This document shows positions 45,555-51,673 of a DNA stretch of 51,673 bases, piece by piece. Where the stretch lies: the IMG/VR virus record IMGVR_UViG_3300023260_000002, positions 1 through 51,673 of that record. One strand, 5' to 3'. The DNA is from a virus (taxonomy: Duplodnaviria; Caudoviricetes). Both the position numbers and the translations under genes were made by a program. The notes below the pieces were generated by a model. The model saw nothing but the letters and a program-made list of their open reading frames with translations. It was not told where the DNA came from and made no database searches. Every line of letters begins with the position of its first letter. Positions within the stretch are counted from its first letter, which is position 1.

Positions 45555-45740
45555 ATGAATATTGATTCTCGTATCTGTCCCTGCTGCCAGCTACCCGGTA
45601 AGTTCCGAAATATGTCTATGAGCAGGACACTAGTAGACGGTACTTTGAAAACCTACAACTATATTAGAGGGTGCTGCAACAGATGTGAATATCAAAGAAG
45701 AAAAGAGAAACATTTTAAAAGCCATGAACATAACACGTAA
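45555..45740 (+). CDS. Small Zn-finger-like protein
   Basis: CPCC...CCNRC. Confidence 0.5.
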   Translation: MNIDSRICPCCQLPGKFRNMSMSRTLVDGTLKTYNYIRGCCNRCEYQRRKEKHFKSHEHNT

Positions 45741-45948
45741 GAGATTATTTCACATTCTTAAATCCCATGCGTATATTGCTGTACGTTGGAGCAGTGGTAT
45801 TGTTACAGGAGCAAATTGCAGGATAGCAATAATGGGGTATAAGAAGTTTCCAGCCAACGATGCAGAGACAGATATAATAGGATTCTATCCAATTTCCTTT
45901 CAGGAGTACATAAGGATTAAAACACCGATAATCAAAACCAATGAATAA
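45685..45948 (+). CDS. Hypothetical protein
   Basis: Probable start MNITRK; ORF in operon. Confidence 0.5.
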   Translation: MNIKEEKRNILKAMNITRKRLFHILKSHAYIAVRWSSGIVTGANCRIAIMGYKKFPANDAETDIIGFYPISFQEYIRIKTPIIKTNE

Positions 45949-46183
45949 TAACATCGTAACAATATCAGTTAAAGGGGAGTTTTTATTCGAGCTTGAAAGT
46001 AAGCACGAATGGGTAAACAAAGTCCCCGAGATACTTCCTGAAAAGACACGAGCAGGAGAAACATGGATTTGGGTAGATGTTAATGGTTGCGTGTTTGAAA
46101 AAGGCGGAGATTTCATGGCTGCCGAGAAACGTGGCACATATCCTTGTAAAGTATACAGACTAATAAACGTAGAAAATGGATAA
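45941..46183 (+). CDS. Hypothetical protein
   Basis: Coupled ORF. Confidence 0.6.
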   Translation: MNNNIVTISVKGEFLFELESKHEWVNKVPEILPEKTRAGETWIWVDVNGCVFEKGGDFMAAEKRGTYPCKVYRLINVENG

Positions 46184-46679
46184 TAACATTAAGGAAGTAC
46201 TACACCTGTATCTCGGGTGTGAAGTTATGGCCCCGAATCCTTACGACGAAAAGGAACTGGCTAAAGGATACCTGACCGGAATTCACGGAGAATACGGTCC
46301 AGAAGTTCAGTTTATCATTGATGGTAATTCTGAAGAGTCACCAGAGTATCCCAACTACGAAAATGTAAAACTGTGCTGCCGCCGTCTCTCATCTATGAGT
46401 GAAGAGGAAGCTAGAGAGGCTATAAAATTAAACTTGGGAATTAGTGACGAAGTTGTTGTCCTAGAAAAAATAGATCAAGGGAAAGAAATGATATACAGAT
46501 ATGGTTTCATTTATCAAACTCCGCCTGATACAGAAACATCTGTGTACGTTCCAACCATCCGATGCACCTCATACGAATTCGCGTACCTACTATCGAAAGG
46601 CTTCTGGCTCTTCTCTCCTGATGCCTTTGATAAAGGACTGATAATAGACAGGGATGCCCTTCCTGACCCCGGGAAATAG
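46176..46679 (+). CDS. Hypothetical phage protein
   Basis: LHLYLGCEV...RRLSSMSEEE...YLLSKGF...GLIID. Confidence 0.7.
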   Translation: MDNNIKEVLHLYLGCEVMAPNPYDEKELAKGYLTGIHGEYGPEVQFIIDGNSEESPEYPNYENVKLCCRRLSSMSEEEAREAIKLNLGISDEVVVLEKIDQGKEMIYRYGFIYQTPPDTETSVYVPTIRCTSYEFAYLLSKGFWLFSPDAFDKGLIIDRDALPDPGK

Positions 46680-46697
46680 ATATTAAACAATAAAACA

Positions 46698-46949
46698 ATG
46701 GAGAACTTTAAGAAATTCAGTGTATTAAAAGACACTCCGACAGTAGCCACAGATCATACAACACCAATCGGGGCAGTCCCTGTAGTAGATAAGCCGCCAG
46801 TCAAATTTTTCACTATTCAGTATCCTGAGACAACATTCATACAATATGTTAAGCTTACTGATTATCGTGACATGGAGAAACAGTTTCAGGCTAGGGTCAA
46901 AGAACTGGAAGAAGAGGTAGAAGAACTGCGTAAATTCGATGAGCGATAG
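46698..46949 (+). CDS. Hypothetical protein, last gene of the + arm
   Basis: YVKLTDY plus coiled coil; converges on 46952. Confidence 0.55.
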   Translation: MENFKKFSVLKDTPTVATDHTTPIGAVPVVDKPPVKFFTIQYPETTFIQYVKLTDYRDMEKQFQARVKELEEEVEELRKFDER

Positions 46950-46951
46950 TA

Positions 46952-47353
46952 TCACAAAGCTATAACAATAGCAGCCACCGCTATTACTCCGAGTCCTACG
47001 CGTTCCCATTTCAATCTTCTGACCTGCTTTTTAAGGCTGGATTTTTCCTCTTCGTAGGTCTTTGCAACGCTTTCAGATTGTGCGGTGATTTCTTTTTGAA
47101 GAATTAGTTTATCCTTTTCAATTTTTAGTAAATTCGTGAATGATGTATATTGAACTGCTACCCGATTTTCAAGTAAGGACACCCGCGCAGAAAGCGTATC
47201 GTTCAAAAGTACCTGCACTTTCAAACGTAGAGCGTCAGCAATTACTAGTCTTGCTTTATCAATCGGCAGACAATAAATCGAATCAGTCCGGATATAAGAC
47301 TGACAAAACGCTGTCGAGTTGAACAGAAGAAGCCCGATTAAGATTGATTTCAT
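46952..47353 (-). CDS. Putative spanin-like protein (signal peptide, coiled coil, C-terminal hydrophobic helix)
   Basis: MKSILIGLLLFNSTAFC; overlaps the upstream coiled-coil membrane gene; end of the lysis cassette. Confidence 0.55.
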   Translation of the reverse strand: MKSILIGLLLFNSTAFCQSYIRTDSIYCLPIDKARLVIADALRLKVQVLLNDTLSARVSLLENRVAVQYTSFTNLLKIEKDKLILQKEITAQSESVAKTYEEEKSSLKKQVRRLKWERVGLGVIAVAAIVIAL

Positions 47354-47630
47354 TGTATTTTTTTTTAAGCTTTCCGTAAGCCTCTTTATTTGCCCTCAGA
47401 TCGATTGCGGCCTTAACTGAGTCTTCATACATCTTCTTTACGATCTGCTGTCCTACCTTATCTCTGTCATCAATAGCGGCTTTTAATTTCTCTATCTCGT
47501 TAAGGTGGTACTTTCTTTCAAGAGCGTATTTTCTTTCAAGCTCTGAAGAGTTATCAGAAGAGGTCCATCGACCAGCAAAGAAAAGCGCAGCGGCCAGTAT
47601 ATAAGACAGAAAAGGTTTAATCTTTTTCAT
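47283..47630 (-). CDS. Putative i-spanin-like protein
   Basis: N-terminal TM helix followed by a coiled coil. Confidence 0.6.
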   Translation of the reverse strand: MKKIKPFLSYILAAALFFAGRWTSSDNSSELERKYALERKYHLNEIEKLKAAIDDRDKVGQQIVKKMYEDSVKAAIDLRANKEAYGKLKKKYNEINLNRASSVQLDSVLSVLYPD

Positions 47631-47662
47631 TATATTTGACTCCAATAAAAATAATACTTTTT

Positions 47663-47962
47663 ATGGAAAAAACATTAGACATTACAGAAGTAAAAGGGGC
47701 AAAAGCCAACATTGCTGATCTAAAAGTATTCGGTAACGGTGACCTTTTTCAATTGATTGCAAAAGCTTCATCGCAGGAACAAGGCTGGATGAAATCAACA
47801 AAGGCCATGTTTACTGGAAATGGTGTTGTTGTGCAAGTCACAACACAACAACGTAATATTGATGGTACTTATTCGGTTGCGGAGGCATTGACATTTGTAC
47901 CTGACGTTGCCATTGTTGTCGGTGAAGATGGAAATAAATACATCGGAAAAATTCATCTATAG
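47663..47962 (+). CDS. Hypothetical phage protein inserted antisense in the lysis cassette
   Basis: MEKTLDIT...KASSQEQGWMKSTKAM...VAEALTFVP; TATATTTG at 47631-47638. Confidence 0.7.
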   Translation: MEKTLDITEVKGAKANIADLKVFGNGDLFQLIAKASSQEQGWMKSTKAMFTGNGVVVQVTTQQRNIDGTYSVAEALTFVPDVAIVVGEDGNKYIGKIHL

Positions 47963-48117
47963 AACCTTATCCCGTTATAGTCTCCTATTAAATACAGGAT
48001 AGCCAGAACTACTAATACGACTATCAAAATATTTCTGAGCCTCGTATCGGTTACTAAATACTGGATAACGTAAATTACGAGTGCTAAGATCAGGATTGTT
48101 ACGAGTATTGCTATCAT
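47953..48117 (-). CDS. 54-aa two-TM membrane protein
   Basis: MIAILVTILILALVIYVIQYL...ILIVVLVVLAILYLIG; not in the ORF track. Confidence 0.7.
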   Translation of the reverse strand: MIAILVTILILALVIYVIQYLVTDTRLRNILIVVLVVLAILYLIGDYNGIRFYR

Positions 48118-48365
48118 GGTTTTTCTGGTTCAGCTTTATGTGAAATTACCTTATCCGGAGTCCATCTCCTAATCCCGAGCAACCCGGATCCAAGTCCAGC
48201 GAAAGCTAATCCTTGCAGCATGGAATCAGCATGAGCAGAGAAGGCACCACGCAAACCCATTATACAGCCGGTAATCACTAGGATAAAAGCAGAAACCAAA
48301 GCACATGCAGTCTTACCTTGGCTGTTTGAAAACATCTCCCCAATGTTGAATTTACGAATGTCCAC
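48114..48365 (-). CDS. Two-TM membrane protein (holin-like)
   Basis: EMFSNSQGKT plus two hydrophobic helices, GLLGIRR. Confidence 0.6.
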   Translation of the reverse strand: MDIRKFNIGEMFSNSQGKTACALVSAFILVITGCIMGLRGAFSAHADSMLQGLAFAGLGSGLLGIRRWTPDKVISHKAEPEKP

Positions 48366-48696
48366 CCTTGACTATCTGTTTTTGCCTTCCGACTATCGCA
48401 ACGATGCTCGCTGTTGCCCCGATTATTAGAAATACTGCCGTCCAAAGTTCTGTCCGGGTGACGTACGTACTTGTTTGATCCTTCATCTGCTGACGCCACT
48501 CATTCTGTCCTTCGAATTTTGCTACGTTTACAGCCTCAACTTTCCCTACAGCGTCACGGATGGATTTGATCTCAGCGTCCGTGTAACGCTTAAGCCACTC
48601 CACCTGATTGTTTACGTAGGCTCTTGGGTCTTCGGATTGAGTGTCTGTTTGAGCGAATGCGGAAAAGGAAAGCAGTATAAGGATAAGTGTTTTCAT
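48352..48696 (-). CDS. Membrane protein (signal peptide, coiled coil, C-terminal TM)
   Basis: FSAFAQ cleavage site; KFEGQNEWRQQMKDQ...YVTRTE. Confidence 0.6.
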   Translation of the reverse strand: MKTLILILLSFSAFAQTDTQSEDPRAYVNNQVEWLKRYTDAEIKSIRDAVGKVEAVNVAKFEGQNEWRQQMKDQTSTYVTRTELWTAVFLIIGATASIVAIVGRQKQIVKGGHS

Positions 48697-49403
48697 TGTA
48701 CCGCCTTGACGGCTTCAATTATCTTCGCTTTGAAAGTCTCCAGATCCACGACCGGCTTAGGTGCTTCTTTGAATTGCTGCTTCAACCATTCCAAAAGCTG
48801 ATCCTGGCCGGGTGTCACGCTACACGCTTTCTCCCAAGAATTATGACCAACACCAGGGTATAGTGTATAACCCCATTCTGTATCATGGGTGCTATTGTAA
48901 GCATCCACGAAAGACTTTGATTTACTGTATGGGACTGTTTTGTCCGCATCGCCGTGAAAAGCCCATCCGGGCATCTCCGGAAATGATGCAGCCAATTTTG
49001 AATCCATGCCCCCGCATATCGGAACCACTCCGTCAACCAGCCGGAATTTATCGTAGTAAACAGTATCGAAAGCACCGAAACCTCCCATGCTTAGGCCCAT
49101 CACGTAAACGACTCTTAATTTATGCCACAGCTTTGCGTAAGCGGGCATGAAGTACTTTATCTGATTGTAGGAAGAGGCACACTGCGGTACTAACAAATGG
49201 AATGGGAATTCGAAACCTGCCGCTGCATGCCTGGGGTATCCGTTTTTAAGAACAAGCTCAAGCTTGCTGCCGTCTATAGGGCCACGTTCACCAATACCGT
49301 GCAAGAAAACGACTCCAAAATCGCAAGGCTCTTTAGGTGCGAAGTGGATGTAATTGAATTTCATTCCGAAGGCAGTAGCTCCTATGTAGTCTTTTCTTAT
49401 CAT
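48693..49403 (-). CDS. Alpha/beta-hydrolase (esterase / predicted peptidase)
   Basis: VFLHGIGERG, GLSMGG nucleophile, FHGDADKTVP, GVGHNSW: intact Ser-Asp-His triad. Confidence 0.88.
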   Translation of the reverse strand: MIRKDYIGATAFGMKFNYIHFAPKEPCDFGVVFLHGIGERGPIDGSKLELVLKNGYPRHAAAGFEFPFHLLVPQCASSYNQIKYFMPAYAKLWHKLRVVYVMGLSMGGFGAFDTVYYDKFRLVDGVVPICGGMDSKLAASFPEMPGWAFHGDADKTVPYSKSKSFVDAYNSTHDTEWGYTLYPGVGHNSWEKACSVTPGQDQLLEWLKQQFKEAPKPVVDLETFKAKIIEAVKAVQ

Positions 49404-49915
49404 TCGTCTTCGTTTAATTTTTCATGTGGCCATCCGGCTCCAATAAGGTGCTTATATTCTGTCTCTGCATCGAAGCAGGGACAAACAAGAGCCCACTCAT
49501 TTGGCTCCACTACTCCTATTCCATTGCTTAAATTTCTATGCCCTGTGATACGCTTTACATTCCCTGAAGCATATTCTAAGGCATCGAGTATGCATTCTAT
49601 AAGAGATTCCTTTTGTGGTGCCGTTCTAGTATCCTTAACCTTGCCTCTTTCGTCCAGACCACCTTCGTAACAGATTGCGATAGATCCTGAATTACGACCC
49701 TGCACGTGATGGCATGTAGAATCGAAGTGTCTGCCTATATGTTTACTTCCATCCCGGGATACGAATAGGTGATACTCACATCCATTAAACCCACGAGCTT
49801 TATGATCTTTTATGCATTGAGCAAAAGTATAATCAACTGTCTCCCGTGACCCGGATGAATGTACGACTATTAAATCAACATTTCTTCTGTCGTAATTCCT
49901 GAGGCCCTTTTCCAT
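49400..49915 (-). CDS. N-acetylmuramoyl-L-alanine amidase (Amidase_2, T7-lysozyme-like)
   Basis: IVVHS, YH, SIAICYEGGLD...DTRTAPQK, GHR, CPCFD. Confidence 0.88.
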   Translation of the reverse strand: MEKGLRNYDRRNVDLIVVHSSGSRETVDYTFAQCIKDHKARGFNGCEYHLFVSRDGSKHIGRHFDSTCHHVQGRNSGSIAICYEGGLDERGKVKDTRTAPQKESLIECILDALEYASGNVKRITGHRNLSNGIGVVEPNEWALVCPCFDAETEYKHLIGAGWPHEKLNEDE

Positions 49916-49930
49916 TTTTTATTACTTTGC

Positions 49931-50425
49931 TCATATTATAACAAAGCCAATAATTTTCAATCCATCGCGAACTTCTTTTTTAACTACTCGGTTTACTTCA
50001 TACACGCCGTCACCATTCCTACTCCCCGCTGTACTAGCATTTCCTTCTATGCTTTTAAATGTCGTTTCATTGATTACCTCAGACACTATACCGGTGTGTC
50101 CTGTCCACTCCGCCTTGCCATCCTCGTACTTCTGCCAAAATACCAATGATCCAACTACTGGAACATCTGAGGTTTTATAGCCAGCATTTACCAGATTTCG
50201 GAATGTATTTACCGCACTTGGTACAAATAGCCCTTTAACTTTTTCTTTCATTTCCGGAAATGCTTCCCATATCCACTTCTCCAAAATAGATGCACACCAA
50301 GCCCAGCCAGGTTGCCACCCTACATCCATCATCGCAAGCTCCAGTTCCCTATCATGAAAGCCAGAATTGCCAGGCTTCTCTTTCTTTCCAAGGTCTTTTT
50401 TTGCAACTTCAATGAGTTTGTTCAT
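49931..50425 (-). CDS. CHAP-domain endolysin
   Basis: AWCAS, GHTGIV, SIEGN. Confidence 0.88.
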   Translation of the reverse strand: MNKLIEVAKKDLGKKEKPGNSGFHDRELELAMMDVGWQPGWAWCASILEKWIWEAFPEMKEKVKGLFVPSAVNTFRNLVNAGYKTSDVPVVGSLVFWQKYEDGKAEWTGHTGIVSEVINETTFKSIEGNASTAGSRNGDGVYEVNRVVKKEVRDGLKIIGFVII

Positions 50426-50511
50426 AAGGATTTTTTACTATATTTGTCTTCTTATTATCCACGGTAATCATTTCGCGAAAGCCCGGGGGTTTAACACCGC
50501 TGGGCTTTTTT
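50417..50511 (+). promoter_or_regulatory. Antisense promoter (TTTG-N18-TATATTTG) followed by an intrinsic terminator
   Basis: tatatttg 50439-50446; gcccgg...ctgggc stem (50481-50505) plus T6. Confidence 0.6.
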
Positions 50512-50822
50512 CATTTCTTAGTACGTATCTTATCGACAACCCCTTCCAAAATAGACTCCACATTAAATTTATATACAAGCCAGAACCCTATCTTCTCTCC
50601 TGAAATTGTGATCGCAGCTATTGCCAGTGGGATACAATTATGTGGCACGGATGAAATTACAAGATCCGAAAACAAATACGCAGATCCTATGCCGGTCACG
50701 AATGAAGTTATAATACTAAACCAGGTAACAGAATCTTTCTTCGCTGTTACAGCAAGTTTAATGGATACGGCGACTAGTGACGGCAGAAGTATTTTTATCA
50801 GCCATGTTCTAAAGTCTTCCAT
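50511..50822 (-). CDS. Putative holin
   Basis: 103 aa, about 3 hydrophobic helices, basic C-terminus, upstream of the endolysins. Confidence 0.65.
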   Translation of the reverse strand: MEDFRTWLIKILLPSLVAVSIKLAVTAKKDSVTWFSIITSFVTGIGSAYLFSDLVISSVPHNCIPLAIAAITISGEKIGFWLVYKFNVESILEGVVDKIRTKK

Positions 50823-51169
50823 CGCTTAAGGTATAGGTAGATAGATATAAAGCCAGCAAAGAATGTTAAAAATATGTCTGAGTATAAATATTGATTAATT
50901 CCAAATATTACCTTGTCGATGAAGCTGCCGCCAGTCATTATAACGAGGAAACAACAAAGCGCTTTTGCACCCCTGTATGTATTTTTAAAAGTAACTAATG
51001 CCATTAGGAAAAGCATAGCGTCATATCCGGCATTATTTATAACAAAATAATGACACCATGTTTCAAAGTTCTCCTTAGCATTTGGCAAGTAATAATCTAA
51101 CGTAATTTGTAGAGAGTAAAAAATTACAATTACAATACTGATTAATACAATGCCTATTTTATTATTCAA
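50798..51169 (-). CDS. Four-TM membrane protein
   Basis: Four hydrophobic segments; start of the lysis cassette. Confidence 0.6.
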   Translation of the reverse strand: MNNKIGIVLISIVIVIFYSLQITLDYYLPNAKENFETWCHYFVINNAGYDAMLFLMALVTFKNTYRGAKALCCFLVIMTGGSFIDKVIFGINQYLYSDIFLTFFAGFISIYLYLKRWKTLEHG

Positions 51170-51173
51170 AGCC

Positions 51174-51272
51174 TTACGGTTTTGGTGTCGGCGGAGGCGT
51201 TGTAGGGTTAACCGTTTTGGTTGTCTCGGTTGTCTCTTCTTTTGTTTTTCTGGGTCTAGGTTTCTTTGCCAT
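51174..51272 (-). CDS. 32-aa micro-ORF, basic N-terminus plus Thr/Pro-rich tail
   Basis: MAKKPRPRKTKEETTETTKTVNPTTPPPTPKP; fills the gap between the spike and membrane genes. Confidence 0.6.
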   Translation of the reverse strand: MAKKPRPRKTKEETTETTKTVNPTTPPPTPKP

Positions 51273-51294
51273 AAAGTTTTTATGTGTTATTTTT

Positions 51295-51535
51295 TTATCC
51301 GCTGTAAGCAACACCTAAGTTAGTGTAACAATTAGCCCACGCATTATTAGCCGTTCCGGTTCCAGCTATCGTAGGGGTGCCGTGAATTATAACCCCATTA
51401 AATAACACTCTTAAAGCTGTTATATTTGTGGTTATAGTTGTTGCGCTTATTTGTCCTGCTGTCCATGTAATCACATCACTATTGAAGATAATATTTCCTG
51501 AGAACGCTTGTACACCAGTGAAAGAAATACCGTTA
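51295..51535 (-). CDS. 3' part of the junction-spanning beta-helix tail spike protein
   Basis: VNAITAGNGISFTGVQAFSGNII... is in frame with the 809-1 segment via the overlap. Confidence 0.8.
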
Positions 51536-51673
51536 CCGGCTGTTATTGCATTCACGTTTATATTTGTAGTGTTGTGATTGAAGTGGCCGCCTTGTACAGT
51601 TAAGTGGCCGTTATTCGATCCTGTGTCAACTAGTCAGCCAGTGGTTCCACCTGTACCTGAACATCCTTGCAGA
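51536..51673. repeat. Terminal direct repeat (circular assembly overlap), copy 2
   Basis: 137/138 identity to bases 1-138; implies a circular unit length of 51,535 bp. Confidence 0.97.

Noticed and set aside
51536-51673. Terminal repeat as biological direct terminal repeats
   Set aside because: It falls mid-gene and has the size of an assembly overlap; it does not define packaging ends.
1-51673. CRISPR array, DGR/retron reverse transcriptase, IS transposase
   Set aside because: No regularly spaced repeats, no RT (YxDD) or DDE transposase ORF, and no template/variable repeat pair seen.

Overview
This window is an apparently complete, circularly assembled tailed-phage genome of 51,535 bp: bases 1-138 are repeated at 51536-51673 with one mismatch. 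TAnnTTTG promoters, weak or absent Shine-Dalgarno sites and a DUF4373-type initiator point to a Bacteroidota host. A tape measure gene with a -1 frameshifting chaperone upstream indicates a long, probably non-contractile tail. Two divergent arms start at ~34.8 kb. The + arm (34.9-46.9 kb) holds early and replication genes: HNH nucleases, an SSB-like protein, YopX, a C5-MTase-like protein, the DUF4373 initiator and a DnaC-like ATPase. The - arm runs terS-terL, a ~9 kb glycosylation/methylation enzyme cluster, tail, portal/capsid/neck, fibres and (across the junction) lysis. The cluster is the standout: about 8 soluble glycosyltransferase-like proteins, 3 SAM methyltransferases and an NAD-dependent epimerase-like protein. 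It is preceded by a candidate promoter/operator, a ~150-nt strongly structured RNA and an unannotated ribbon-helix-helix gene. Virion proteins show repeated Ser-Pro-acidic motifs. Together this suggests a phage-encoded virion glycosylation system (inference). There are also promoter-linked RNA leaders with complementary (kissing) loops, degenerate tRNA-like elements and several micro-ORFs missed by the ORF track. No integrase, CI-type repressor, polymerase, reverse transcriptase or CRISPR array was recognised. All product calls come from motif recognition and gene context only; no database searches were run.
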